A stretch of DNA of 64,000 bases from Eledone cirrhosa (Eukaryota). The DNA is taken from positions 46,066,001-46,130,000 of the forward strand of contig OZ024748.1 of NCBI GenBank assembly GCA_964016885.1, in the 5' to 3' direction. Position 1 is the stretch's first letter. Every line of letters begins with the position of its first letter. Positions 29,427 through 44,657 of this stretch are shown here, piece by piece. The position numbers and the translations under genes were made by a program. A model generated the notes under the pieces. That model made no database searches, was not told the origin of the DNA, and saw only the letters and a program-made list of their open reading frames with translations.

Positions 29427-29858
29427 CCTCTCTCTCTCTCTCTGTATATATATATATATATACATATAATATAAGATCAAAATATGATTAAAAGAGTTCC
29501 AAGTATTTTAATTTACGCATTTCAAAAACAAATATCATCATGGAATCATATCTGCGTTTTCATCAGATAAAATAGGGATACATGATATGAAGCTTAAAAA
29601 ACCCTTGTGAATAGTGAAGAACTGAGAAAAAATATATATTGTCTCACAGAGAGAAGTTAAAAAGCCGTTGGATGATAATAGATAATTTAAAAGAATTTGA
29701 AATTAAAAGTTGAAAAGAAAAAGGGATTAAGAATAATATTAAATTAAGGTTTGTATATTGAAGGGTTTAATAATATGTGCGAGGAAAAGAAATTATTAAT
29801 ATGTATTATTAAAATAAAAATATTAATGTTATTAAGGATCTACAATAAAACTCACCTC

Positions 29859-29967
<109 letters not shown>

Positions 29968-30086
29968 AGAGATTAAATTAACAGATTAAAATTTAAGCAA
30001 AGAATCGCTGCTTTCACCCTTAACAGATCTTCTGAAATTATATATATAATCCTTATCGAGGCCTCTACGGATTTTAGCCATCACAT

Positions 30087-30135
<49 letters not shown>

Positions 30136-30323
30136 AACGAGTAGGACCCCGACGGCTCAGCTCAAGCCGTTTCGACGGCTAATTCTGGAGTAGAATTAGC
30201 CGTCGAAACGGCTTGATCTCAGCCGTCGGGGTCCTACTCGTTCCTATTACCCACTCTTCTACCCTAAGTATTGAGTACTTTGGTGCGTTAGGGTCCATCT
30301 GGTTCCTTACCACATTTCCTTCG

Positions 30324-30399
<76 letters not shown>

Positions 30400-30744
30400 G
30401 AATATAAATGTAAAATGGCGTTGTTGCAAATGGGAGACATGAATAAAATTAAAGCGGAAGATAAGGCGTGCGTCATCAGTGATCTTCCAACCGTTGTTGC
30501 TATTTCTTGGCCTTAAAGATCATATACCTCTGGTCGGTGCGAGCAATAACTAAAAAACGTTATTGGGACACGTAGAATAACTTTAACGCGAAGAAATACC
30601 AACGTCGGCTGGAATATCGCTGACGACGGACATAAATGTAGAAATGTGTGTGTATAAGGTACAGTGTGAGTACATGTGTGTGTGTGAGTTTGTGTATGTT
30701 TGTGTGTGTGCTTACGTGTATGTGTTTGTGGGTGTGTTAGTTTG

Positions 30745-31085
30745 TGTGTGGTTGGCGTCAGACATTTACCTGGGAGGTTGTGAATGTGTCTGTGTGTGTG
30801 TTTGTGTGTATGTGTTTGTTTGTGTGTGAGTTCGTGTGTGGTGGTGTCAGGTATTTATGTGGGAGGTTGTGTAGGTGGCTGTGTGTGTGTTTGTGTGTAT
30901 GTGTTTGTGTGTGTGTGAGTTTGTGTGTGGTTGGCGTCAGGTATTTATCTGGGAGGTTGTGTATGTGTATGTGTGTGTGTTTGTGTGTATGTGTTTGTGT
31001 GTGTGTGAGTTTGTGTGTGGTTGGCGTCAGGTATTTATCTGGGAGGTTGTGTATGTGTATGTGTGTGTGTTTGTGTGTAAGTTTG
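30745..31085. repeat. GT-rich minisatellite, unit about 90 bp, about 4 copies
   Basis: Recurrent ggttggcgtcaggtatttatctgggaggttgt. Confidence 0.85.
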
Positions 31086-31914
31086 TCTGTGGTTGGTGTC
31101 GTGGAGAATCATCTGAGAGTTTGAGTGAGATTACTTTTGTGAGTTTGTGTGTGTTTTGGTGTGTTTCCTTGTTTTCAGTGTGTGTATGTTTAGTGTGTGT
31201 GTGTATGTTTAGTTGTGTATGTTTGTGTGGGTGTGTGCGTGTGTATGTGTGTGTGTGTGTGTGTGTGTATGTTTATGTGTTTGTGTGTGTATATGTGTAA
31301 GTTGATGTGTAATTGTGAGTGTGGAGTGAGCTGTATGTTCATGCGTATTTTTGTGTGTGAATATATGCAAATATGTTAATTTGTATGTGTGTATATGCGC
31401 TTTTTTGTTCATATATGTTTAACTAAGTGGTACGCTTAACTGTTTATACAGGATTATGTATATAAGGAAGTGTTGTAGTGTCAACATTCTACGCACAATT
31501 CATTGGTCAATATTATATTATATATTCAAGGTTAAGAAAACGGGAGATTTTTACTTTTCTTTTCTTCATCAAAGAAGAGATGTCATCATGAATGGACCTG
31601 TTATTTTCATCTAAAGACATTGTTTCCAATTCCAACCCGCCCGTGCCCTCAATCTATCTTATTGCTCATTTTTCTTCTGATGAAGGACTAGCGTCTGAAA
31701 CGTTAAGAAACTCTCCCTGCTACACCAAGCTTTAATCTACTATATCCCTTCCATATACTGTACCGATTGTGTTGTTATTTCTATTTAACATTTAAATACA
31801 TATATATATATATTTAATTAGAGAGTGAACAACAGAACATATAACTACTCCATTGCCAAAGGTTTCTGGATTACAGACGGTAATAATATATACATTTGTA
31901 TCGGTCGTCAGATG

Positions 31915-32034
<120 letters not shown>

Positions 32035-32138
32035 TATATATATATATATATATATGCATATATATATGTATATATATATGTATATATATGCATCTATATA
32101 TATGTATGTATCAATATATATATATATATATGTATCGT

Positions 32139-32310
32139 GGATTGGCAGTATCGGTAGAGCGTCGGACACCATGCTTTGACGCATAGAGTTACGGCCCTTG
32201 CCATTCTGAGTTCAAATCCCGCTGAGGTTAACTTTAGCTCTCATCCTTACAGGGTCGATAAAATAAAGTACTAGTAATGTATTGGGTAATTGCTGGCCTT
32301 GTGCCAAATT
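32139..32310 (+). mobile_element. tRNA-derived SINE family 1
   Basis: Same A/B-box head and core as 55271. Confidence 0.75.
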
Positions 32311-32832
32311 TTTCCGAGACGTGAGCTAGAATTTTGGTATTCCACTTCACAATTAATATTCCGAAACAGTATTATCAAAACTGTCCGGGTGATTGGTAGT
32401 TACCACAATTCTGGTTTGTATTTATTTTTCTTGATTTATTCTTAAATTGAGTCTGGCAAACCCTATTGTCTATAGTTAGTATTCTTTTCACCTTAGCGAA
32501 TCTGGTCCCTTACGATTTGAACACATATATGTGTATGTCTGTGTTCGGTTTTCTTTTGTTCAGTTTTATTATACGGCTCGGAAAAATCTCCCTCCTAGAG
32601 CTAATTTATTTGTAAGAAACTATTTTGGGTTTCTAACTCAATATATGCCTTTAATATATTCGGCTCCGTTAATTCGTCGAGCTAATTCAAATGTCGAGTA
32701 AACCCGGCTGCTATTTTTAGTGGCGTGAGTTTGCGAGACACGCTAAGTTCTGGTACCATGCGCGTTGTTATATATAAGTACACTATCCAGTATTTTAATA
32801 TACTTAGAAGTGACCAGGATACTAATAATTCT

Positions 32833-32914
32833 TCACCCGCTGATGAGCTAGAATTTTGCTATTCCTCTTCACAATTAATATTGCGAAACAGTGTTATCAA
32901 AACTGTCCGGGTGA
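32833..32914 (+). ncRNA. Type I hammerhead ribozyme, family T
   Basis: tcacccg-CTGATGA-gc...gc-GAA-ACAGT(gttatcaaa)ACTGT-C-cgggtga. 7-bp stem I, 5-bp stem III, GUC site. Confidence 0.85.
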
Positions 32915-33172
32915 TTGGTAGTTACCACAATTCTGGTTTGTATTTATTTTTCTTGATTTATTCTTAAATAGAGTCTGGCAAAACCTATTGTCTAAAGTTA
33001 GTATTCTTTTCACCTTAGCGAATCTGGTCCCTTACGATTTGAACACATATACGTAAACGTCTGTGTTCGTTTTTCTTTTTTGTTCAGTTATATTATACGG
33101 CTCGGAAAAATCTCTTTCCTAGAGCTAATTTAATATAAGAGACTATTTGGGGTTTCTAACTCAATATATGCC

Positions 33173-33228
<56 letters not shown>

Positions 33229-33518
33229 CGAAGGAAATGTGGTAAGGAACCAGGTGGACTATAACGCACCAAAGTACTCAATACTTAGGGTAGTAGAGTG
33301 GGTAATAGGAACGAGGAGGACCCCGACGGCTGAGCTCAAGCCGTTTCGTCGGCTAATTCTGGACTAAAATATTAGCCCATTTTAGTCCAGAATTAGCCGT
33401 CGAAACGGCTTGAGCTCAGCCGTCGGGGTCCTACTCGTTCCTATAAATATATATATATATATTTATTTATATATTTACACATACATATTTATATATATTT
33501 TATATATATATACATACA

Positions 33519-33557
<39 letters not shown>

Positions 33558-33615
33558 TTATATATTTATACATACATATTTATATATATATATTTTATAT
33601 ATATATATACATACA

Positions 33616-33711
<96 letters not shown>

Positions 33712-33774
33712 TAAATATATATAATATTTATATATATGTATATATATTTACATATATATTTATATATATATATG

Positions 33775-33816
<42 letters not shown>

Positions 33817-33817
<1 letters not shown>

Positions 33818-34808
33818 ACTAGAAATTTATTGACATACATATATTTAAAATAAACACATGAAACAATCACAGGGGATAATTTGTATAGTGTGTAATCACA
33901 CATAGTTATGTAGGTAACTAATTAAAATTAAGGAGCCATTTATATATCTAAAATTAATTAAATTAAATTAAATTAAATTAAGGGAGTCATGTCCGGGACA
34001 TGCGCCATATCCACCGTAGAATAAGCTCAAAGATTCCAATGAATATATCCGAGCATTTTATATGAAATATATACAAGGAGGATTAATCAATTTTTAAACT
34101 AATTAAAGTTTAACTAGAGCTTCAAGTATTACCTTTTTAAAAATTGATTATATTTCATATAAAATGCTCGGATCTATTCATTGGAATCTTTGAGCTTATT
34201 CTACGGTGGATATGATGCATGTCTCGGACATGACTCCCTTAATTTAATTTAATTAAATTAATTTTAGATATATAAACGGCTCCTTACCTGTAGAGCTTAT
34301 TCAGTTGAAAGGACCCGGCTGCTATTTATAGCTGTCGATCACCCTATTCACGCCAATGTGGTGACGCTAGCATGTTGTTAGTAGTTTTAGAAATGCAACA
34401 CGTGCGATGGTTCACACGCAGATTTGCATTAGATGTGTAAGCACAGATCGTTACATCTTTCCCCTAGCTGAAGATCCAAGATTTGACTACTATGACTTTA
34501 CGGATTAACGGTGGAATATATTTCGTTAATGAAATATATACAAGGGGGACTAATCATTTTTTAAAAAGGTAATATTGAAGCTCTAGTTAAACTTTAATTA
34601 GTTACCTACATAACTGTGTGTGATTACACACTTTACAAATTACCCACTGTGATTGTGTTTATTTTAAATATATATATGTCAATCAATTTCTAGTTGATAT
34701 AAAATGCTCGGATCTATTCATTGGAATATTTGAGCTTATTCTACGCTGGATATGGCGCATATCTCGGACACGACTCTCTTAATTTAATTTAATTAAATTA
34801 ATTTTAGT

Positions 34809-34810
<2 letters not shown>
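33817..34810. repeat. Scrambled nested inverted-repeat block
   Basis: One module of about 130 bp occurs three times (33930-34065 inverted; 34150-34286 and 34698-34808 direct), and a second module occurs at 33817-33927 and, inverted, at 34595-34697. Confidence 0.75.
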
Positions 34811-34861
<51 letters not shown>

Positions 34862-34865
<4 letters not shown>

Positions 34866-36000
34866 CTAGGTATACCGGCATATTATCTTTTCAGGATTCC
34901 CCCTCCTCTCCAGTGCAAATATACCGCACGACCTCTCATGCTATGATGTTAGGTTTGAATAGATTTTAGGATTCCCCTGTTCAGCAGCCAGTACGTTAAG
35001 AAAATTGATAGTTACAACAATAAAGGCTGAACAGAGAACACATTTTTTAACAAACTTTACAATAATTTGTACAATCATAAAGTAAATTCCAATAACAGAA
35101 AATACATAAATTACATTGTTAGAGCCTCAGAGTATACAATATTTTTTGTTCGGCCCTCGGGAGAAAAGAAGAAGAGATTGTTTGGTGAGCTCACCCTGGA
35201 GCATCCTACATACAATTGAACATGGAAGAAGCATGGTTTCCCAGATGAAAGCCAGAAACTTTTAGGGTTTGACCCTGAGCTTTGTTGATGGTAATCGCGA
35301 AGCTTAGTCTATCTGTTGCTCTAGTAACATTTTTTTCTGGAAAATCTGATCTTGTGGCCAGGCTGGGAAGTTTTGGGTAGCATATTGGCAGTAACAATGA
35401 CGATAAGCCGTCTGTGCTTTCGTGAAATAAATATATTTTTTTATACTTTGTTTTTATGTATGCAAAAATATCTGTACACGAATATATATCTATATACTAA
35501 AATAACAGATGGAAGTTTAAGCAAAGAATCGCTGCTTTCACCCTTAACGGGATCTTCTGAAACTAAAAAAATCAATCTGTGAACGCAAAAGTAAATATAT
35601 TGAAAAACGTTCCAACCGAAGGAAAACAGGAAAATGATACTTTGGTTCGTGAAGACAGACAGATATTATAAGCGTGTGACGTTATAGTTATGTTAGTTAT
35701 TGCAGAGAGCCAGACATACAGAGACATATTATAAGGGCGCGACGTTATAGCTATGTATCTATCCGAAAATAAAGAATAAGAAAGAGAGGGGATTGTCGTA
35801 TAACCGGAAGTGTTGGCATTTGAAAATGTTAAAGAAGTGAATATTTAAATAAACAATAAAATATCTTTAATCTATTAACGAAATTTAGAAGACAAAAACT
35901 TGGAAAAAGTTACATCAATGGTGCAAATTTGGTGCTTTTTGATCAAGCCGTTTGGCGAAAGGTTTGTTACATATATTTGTTTGTTTGTTACATACATTTA
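34862..36000 (-). mobile_element. Non-autonomous Helitron with a Pif1-helicase C-terminal remnant, interrupted by a family A piece (about 35495-35650)
   Basis: RLSFAITINKAQGQTL then, after a frameshift, PCFFH.QLYVGCSRV...GRTKNIVYSEAL*; 3' end atgccggtatacCTAG. The 5' boundary is approximate. Confidence 0.75.
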
Positions 36001-36032
36001 TATATATATAAATATATATATTTATATATATA

Positions 36033-36066
<34 letters not shown>

Positions 36067-36101
36067 CATAAATATATATATATAAATATATATATATATA
36101 A

Positions 36102-36170
<69 letters not shown>

Positions 36171-36190
36171 TATATAAATGTACTAAATGT

Positions 36191-36276
<86 letters not shown>

Positions 36277-36428
36277 ATATATATTTATATATATAACGGG
36301 TCGAAACGGCTTGAGCTCAGCTGTCGGGGTCTTACTGGTTCCTATTACCCACTCTACTACCTCAAGTATTGAGTACTTTGGTGCGTTATGATCCACCTGG
36401 TTCCTTACCACATTTCCTTCGTTATATT

Positions 36429-36552
<124 letters not shown>

Positions 36553-36560
36553 TATATATA

Positions 36561-36699
<139 letters not shown>

Positions 36700-37303
36700 A
36701 CATTTAGTACAGCAGCAACGAAGCCATGGTTGCAGCCAAGCTAACGAATGCAGTTTCGGCGTGCAGCTAAGCACTCGATAGGGTATATAACCCTAGAGTT
36801 ATAACATTACGTTTAGACAGCTTTGCAAAATGAAGACAGCGATCGATAGAAGGGCCACAGTGACCATAGCGACGAAAAAGATGGAACTCAGGAAAATATA
36901 TATATATATATATATATGAGTATATATATATATGAGTATATATATAACCGAAAACATGTTATTAATTCTGGTAATATTACACAAATATGACCCTCCCCAA
37001 GTATATATATATATATGAGTTTCAGAAGATCCCGGGTGAAAGCGGCGATTCTTTGCTTAAACTTTAATCTGTTATTTTAATATATATATATATATATATA
37101 TATAAAGGAACGATCGACTTTCGTCAAATCGGACCGAGGGAACAATGTTTCCGTTGGTCTTTCCAATTGATAATACTATCTATCGGTCGCAACTCCAGGT
37201 AGAAGGAGCAACGTGAAATAAAGTGTCTTTCTCAAGGACATAACGCATCGCCTGGTCGAGGAATCGAACTCACAACCTTACGATTGCGAATCCAATTCTC
37301 TAA

Positions 37304-37370
<67 letters not shown>

Positions 37371-38478
37371 GTGTATATCATTATATATATATATAGTTTT
37401 ATATATGTATAGTTTTATAAATAGTTTTATATATAAGTATATGATGATATAGTCTCTTATATGTCTGAATTATTGTTGACATTTTGCTTACATTAATTTA
37501 TCTATTTTCAATTTCTCTATTTTCATTTATATATTTATACTCGGAGTTTTCCTTGAGTGCTACTTAATATTTGTGACTAATCCCAGTTTAAAAAAAAAAC
37601 TGCGATAATATTGCTTATGCTGAACTCCATATTTTTGTTGAGTTTTTTCGGAATGTTTTGACTGTTGTTTCTTATAGACAGCTTTTCATCTCATCCCGAC
37701 ATCATTAGCGAGTATCCAGTCCACGTGTGTTTTGTTATTTCAATTCTACACACTGTCGCTTGCCTGCTTTTAATTCCCCTCCGGCATTTTAGCAGTCGTG
37801 ATCTAGTAAATGTGTTGACCACTACTGAAGATCGTACTAACCCCACTGAAACGTTTCGTGATATAGTCTTTTAAGACTATATAGTGCATTTGTAGTTTTC
37901 CCCAAATTGGCGGTTAAGTATTTCTTCTTGATTTTATTTTGAGTAAAGATTGTACTGCTTTTTCCCCAACTTACACAAAGTCTGAGGATAAAGATTTTCT
38001 TCTTGATTTGTTTTAAATTATGATAGTATTACTTTTCCCTCATCTTACATTAAACATGTTTTCATCTTGATGGTATAGTCACTGATATGTTTGAATTATT
38101 GTTGGCATTTTGCTTACATTAATTTCTCTATTTTCATTTATCATCATCATCCTCGTTTAACGTCCACTTTCCACGCTAGCATGGGTTATATATATATATT
38201 AGTAAAAAGGAAAAGAAAAGCTGACACATTTTTCCCAGATAAAAATAGCTTAATTAGCAATAAGTATAAATTAGTAATAAGTATTAGTTAGTATTCAGTT
38301 TTAGTTTTATATTTTTACCGGTTGCGCATTTCTTATGCTTTTCAATAATAATTTTGAGATAGAGTGCTCGTAATTTTTGCTCTAATCTGATCCGATTTGG
38401 AAATTCTTCCTGTTTTATGTGAAAAAAGTGGTTTGGATGGTATTAAAATTTTGTTGGTTGTTGAATGTCTTAGAACGA

Positions 38479-38574
38479 GACGTATCTGACGACCGTGTTG
38501 ATTTCAGAATCAGGTGTGATCACCATATCGATCGTACCTCGAGCTGGTCGCCCGAGAAACATTTGTAATATGTC
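38479..38574 (+). ncRNA. Hammerhead with long loop II, family I
   Basis: gacgtat-CTGACGA-~63 nt-GAA-ACATTTGT-A-atatgtc. Related CCGAAGA copies lie in both arms of the 26475-26788 hairpin. Confidence 0.65.
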
Positions 38575-38623
38575 CAATAAATTCCTTTCGTCCCAACACT
38601 GATTCTCTTTTTTCTGTGATATA

Positions 38624-38658
<35 letters not shown>

Positions 38659-39101
38659 TTAGGTTTATTGGTTCACCACTGGATAGAATTGGTCACTCCC
38701 TATGGTCAATCTTGGTGTAATATTGTGGAGAGTACTCAACGTAGTGCAGTTCACCCATCTTCGTTTGTGTAGTTGGTGGTGCGAATACAGAGTTAATTAT
38801 AAATAAAATAACAGGAGGCTGGACTGGTGTAAATCCTTGAAAAGTTTATTATACTATGATCATTTCAATGACCGGGTTCCGTATGAATCCGGTGATATCA
38901 TCAAGTATTCGAAATGTAACAAAGGAATATATAAAATCCATGGGTCCGAAATCAGAGACAGAGAGGACGACTGACAAACTAGTTGCTTTCACCTCGGTCA
39001 GTCGCCCTCAAGTGATGGCAAGTCGGTCTACTAATGACCATCTGATGATGGGGCGAAGGCTTATAATGTACTACCACCTCTCCGTCAAAGAATAAAAAAA
39101 A

Positions 39102-39170
<69 letters not shown>

Positions 39171-41734
39171 CGAGAAGTCAGCGTAAGGGTCACACTACAG
39201 TCATGCTAGAAGACGCCGCGAAAAATGTTATTCCAAAGAACCCATATTTTAACAAAGGCATATATGGGTGTCTGTATAGTCTAATGTGTGAACAGAAAAT
39301 TGGAATGTTAACTTATGTTAAGAATTATAGGATGAAATTAAATTATTAAAAAATTAATAGAAAATTAAAGGTTTGTGTTGCGAGAATTATTTAATGAAAT
39401 TACCGAGAGAGTCTTATATAAAAAGTTTAAGTGTATTATAGGGAATCTCGATAAGTTATCAAGGTGGGATATAGAGTAAAGATAAAAGCCTTCGATTGTA
39501 AATCCCAGCCAGCACCTTCCAATCACGTGTCAGCCAGTTTCGAGTGGTATCGTCTAGCGAAATAAATGGAAATTTTTCCGAGTACTCTAAGAACGTAGCT
39601 GTGATAGGCCCCGAGTTTGCTCGCGGGAAGTCAATCAGCTTCTACAGGCCATCGTCTATACCAAACGAATACTATTAATTCACACATGAGGGGTTTATTT
39701 ACGTGCAGGGAGGCATGATACAGTTAACAGTTATGCCAAAGCCTAGAGTTTATAGGTATGAGTATAATGTGGCGGTTAAAACAGGTGGCGCGGCGGGCCC
39801 CGGGGCAAATTGACCCGCTCCGAGTAGTTTCGTTTACCGAAAGAGGGGAAAATTTATTTTTCCAAGCACATCAGTCGAAAATGGTAAAACCCAATGAAAA
39901 GTGCCAATAGACTATAATTATTTTTAAGTCCCAGTTATTCCAGGTTATAAGTAGTGTGGTTCTTTGGTGGGTAGGGAGCTATGAATGGTGCATAATGACC
40001 TGAGTAAGGAATAGTAAGCAGAAAATCCCAAATAAATAAAAGCAGGATACAAAGATAAAAATACAAAGATAATAAATAAAAAAATATATAAAAAATACAT
40101 TAATAAAAATACATTAATAAGGTAAAAAGTAAAATACATGAATAAAACGCCGTCATAGCTAGGGTAGTGATGTAGTAAGACGGAAATATATAAGAACATA
40201 TCGGAGGAATCAAGGCAGAGGGGAAATACAAAATAGATCAAGTTGCAGTAAGATAATGCAAGGTTGTACATATAAATATAGAGGATGGAAGAGATGGAAT
40301 GGTATCAGGTGGTACCTAGTGTAAAGTTCGAGTCTCCGAATTCAATGCGAGTCACAAAAAGGTCCTGAGGTATAGAGTAGAGAATTCAGTCAATACAATA
40401 CATGCTTAAGTATAATTCGTAGAATTTTGTCGAACTCCGAATATTCACGACAAGGAAGCAGCATTGGATAGGGTGGGCGCTAGAAAAAGCACAGAGCAGC
40501 CAAAATCCGAATGGTAAGTAGATCAGTTAATCCCATGCTGGCAATAGCTGTACACTGAATTCAGTGCCGCTGTTCAATATTACATCTGGAAGTGCTCAAC
40601 ATTATTGGAGCATTATTTATTTAGGTTTGTTGGTTCACCACTGGATAGAATTGGTCATTCCCTATGATCAATCTTGATGTAATATTATGGAAAGTACTCA
40701 ACGTCGTGCAGTTCACCCGTCTTCGTTTGTGTAGTTGGTGGTGCTAATACGGAGTTAATTATTATAAATAAAATAACAGGAGGCTGGACTGGTGTAAATC
40801 CTTGAAAAGTGTATTATACTATGATCATAAACCTAAATAAATATATATATATATATATATAGAGAGAGATATATAGATATATTTATATGTTTATATACAT
40901 ATATATTTATATGTATATTTATTCATATATATATTTATTTATGTATTTATATATATATTTAGCATTTTCTGTTTTTTTTCCTTTACTAATTATATATATA
41001 TATATATATATCGTATGTAAGTATAAAAAATAAATTCTCAAATCACAAAAATTATATTTTATATTTTATTAATTCAAACATTACATTTTATCTTGATCTT
41101 TAAAAACACCTTTATTCTCAATAAAGGATCCAGTAGATATAAGTAAAAATAAAATTGCAAACAAAAAATATATAATTGTAATTAAAGGAAATTGAAATGA
41201 AATAAGACAAAATATATAAGTAAAATATTATATTAAGGAAGATAGCTTATGTGGAAATGCATACCGAGATACTATATATATATATGTGTTTGTAAATATA
41301 TATATATATATATGTATGTATACATATATATATATATATATGTGTGTGTGTATGTCTATATATGTGTGTGTGTGTATATATATATATATGTATGTATGTC
41401 TATATGTCTGTGTGTATATATTTATATGTGTGTGTGTATACATATATGCGTGTGTTTATATATATATGTGCTTGTGTGTATGGCTGTATGTGTGTATACT
41501 TATATGTAGATACATATGAGTATATGCATATATGTATATACACATGTGTATGTATGTGTATATATATATATATGTGTTCGTGTATATATATATCTATATG
41601 TATGTGTATGGCTCTATGTATTTGTATAATTATTTCGGGTTTTTATTAAACTTTCCTTTAGGAGGGATATAAATGTATCATTTTCAAAAGTTTTGCATTC
41701 AAATATATCTTCATATATCAATAAAAATAATAAA

Positions 41735-41794
<60 letters not shown>

Positions 41795-42139
41795 GTTTTT
41801 ATTGATATCAGTAAAATTACTGTCTTTGACAGTAAAGTATTTTAGACATTTTTAAAATATAATAAAACAGAGTTGGTTGCTGCATGCATTTTTGTAAGTT
41901 AAAACAAAACGGTAAGAAAACCTACCGTTTTGTTTTAACTTTTAGGTATAAGGTTTAAAATCAAATTTTTATTTAATTTATTTCAAAATTATGTAACGAA
42001 ATATAAGGAAGGTTTTACCCGAATCATAAATATATACACATATATATTCGAAATTGTTTATTAATTTTCTTATTTTAAAATATAAGATGCAACAAAATAG
42101 TCAAAACGAAATTTTAATTAATTACTAAAAAAATAAAAA

Positions 42140-42670
42140 TAAAAACAGTAACACTCGAAATACATTGTATTTAGTAAGGATATGCGTGTGTATATGTATA
42201 TACATATACATATACACACACACATAGATACACAGACACAAATATATGTGTGTGAGTGTATGTGTGTAAGTGCGTGTATATGTATTTATAGATATGCATT
42301 TATATATATTAAAAAAAACACAATAGAAACAGTAAAACTCGAAATACATTATATTTATATGAATATATGTGTGTGTATAATTATATTTATATGTACACAT
42401 AGATATACAGACACAAATATATGTGTGAGTGTATGTGTGTAAGTGCGCGTATACGTATTTATAGATATGCATTTATATATATTTAAAAAAAAACAGAATA
42501 GAAACAGTAAAACTCGAAATACATTATATTTATATGAATATATGTGTGTGAATATTTATATTTATATGTACACATAGATATACAGACACAAATCTATGTG
42601 ATTGTATGTGTGTAAGTCTGTGTATATCTCTATGTGTATATGTATGTATAGATATGCATTTATATAAACG
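42140..42670. repeat. Tandem repeat, unit about 175 bp, 3 copies
   Basis: Recurrent aaacagtaaaactcgaaatacatt...cacatagatatacagacacaaat. Confidence 0.8.
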
Positions 42671-42951
42671 TCAACAGTTTTATTCAAATTCATTCCCCTA
42701 CAGAACATTTAATATTACATCAGATGCTCTGTCAAAATTCATATTTAATACAAAAATATGTTTAGGAATTGTATGCATTATGAACACTTCGTATTACTCT
42801 CTGTTTACGATTAAATTCATAAAAGTTTGAAATGTTCTTAAAAGGTGCTCGAAATTTCTGTTAAAACACTGAACTGTTTTTCATGTTAGGGTGACAAGAA
42901 ATATTGTTCACTTCCTCTTTCAAACTTTAGTTGTTTTAGGAGATGACAAAA

Positions 42952-42989
42952 TTATTCAATTGCTAAATATTTATCTTGCTTTCCATTTC
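42952..42989 (-). CDS. Candidate distal alternative last coding exon (RNGKQDKYLAIE*)
   Basis: ttcttttgtttcatttgcag acceptor; phase 1 compatible with the 49434 donor; AT-rich UTR-like sequence with AATAAA motifs downstream (about 41.1 kb). Confidence 0.4.
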
Positions 42990-43317
42990 CTGCAAATGAA
43001 ACAAAAGAATAAGGAAATTAGAATATATATATATATATATGTATATACACACACACAAATATATATATTTACATGTATATATGTACATTTATATACATAT
43101 ACATATGTATATGTACATATAGATTTATGTACATATATATACGAGACAAACCAGAACAGAAAAACAAAACCTCCATCTAAACTTTATTTTTGAAAAGCAT
43201 AAAAACTGTGAAACAGGTAAATAAATAAATATTCTTAAAAGTGTACAGTTGTATTTTTAATTTCTTTTCCTTACACTTTCACCCGTGGGGGACATCTCTT
43301 TAAAATAAAAAGAACTC

Positions 43318-43393
<76 letters not shown>

Positions 43394-43462
43394 AAGAAAG
43401 AGAGGGAGAAACTAAAAAGGAAAAAAAAATGTTCTTCCTCATAATTGTCCCTTTCTCCTTGT

Positions 43463-43529
<67 letters not shown>

Positions 43530-43617
43530 CAAAGATTAGTATGGTTCGTTGATTACTCCACGAATACAATTTTACAATAGATTAGAAGCACTCAACTAGG
43601 GGTTTTTCTGGTGTTTT

Positions 43618-43953
43618 TAATATTATTCAAAATGTTAACAAATGAAAAATATTCTCATAATAAAAATATATACTTTATTATACATATTTCAAAGGTACTA
43701 TGGTGTTTAAGTACGTTTTCATCAGACAAAATATATGATTTGATATGTGACATACCGCTACGGTTTTCATTATTCAATTCCAGTACTGCCAATATTGGAA
43801 TTGAATAATAAAAACCGTAGCGGTATATCAAATCATATATTTTGTCTGACGAAAACGTACTTAAACACTATTGTACCTTTGAAATATGTATAATAAAGTA
43901 TATATCGTGATTATGAGAATATTTTCCATTTGTTAACATTTTGAATAATATTA
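43618..43953. repeat. Fold-back with arms of about 165 bp (family G)
   Basis: Inverted arms; apex at about 43790. Confidence 0.85.
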
Positions 43954-44464
43954 TATATATATAGACACTTAAATTTAATTTAATCGCATCAAATTCAGTT
44001 GCCGTTTATAAAGTGACCTTTATGCTCTGAGTACTCTATAAAACAATACCACAAGGTATGTTTTCACCTATTACACACTACTTCAAACTAACAACCATCT
44101 TTTACATAATATTACATAATAATAAAATATTATATTTACCAATCTCTTTGATGTAAAACAGCCTCTAGATTTCTGTGTAGTTTTCCTCGGATCTTCCATA
44201 CATTTCTTTATAGATTTGGGCAGGAATGTACTACTCTATCGTTTTTCATTGGAGATTTTTGTAGCTTTTGCTACTTATTCTAATCCATTGGATAGTAAAA
44301 TACAGTCATAATTATTCACAAATGTTAGCGGTGATATGCATTGTCAGCAGGTGTGTTAAATAGTTGAACTGTTTTACAACTTGACTGACGATGTTCAATA
44401 AAAATATAACCACTTTAAGATTCATGGAATGTTTCCTGGTAAAAATACTATAATGTTAAATGGA

Positions 44465-44657
44465 ATAATTGTTTCTACTATTGGCACAAGGCCAGCAATT
44501 ACTCAGTACATTACTGGTACTTTATTTTATCGACCTCGTAAGGATGAAAGGCAAAGTTAACCTCGGCGCGATTTGAACTCAGAATGGCAAGGGCCGTAAC
44601 TCTATGCCGCAAAGCATGGCGTCCGACCCTCTACCAATCCTGCCAGTTCACCGCCCT
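44465..44657 (-). mobile_element. tRNA-derived SINE family 1
   Basis: Reverse complement of the 55271 consensus. Confidence 0.75.

Noticed and set aside
37820-37870. CTGAAGA...GAAACGTTTCGTG candidate hammerhead
   Set aside because: Stem II does not pair convincingly and there is no valid NUH triplet with a matching stem I.
39300-40600. Coding capacity inside the family K-bounded element
   Set aside because: The frames I tried contain stops and no RT or endonuclease motifs.
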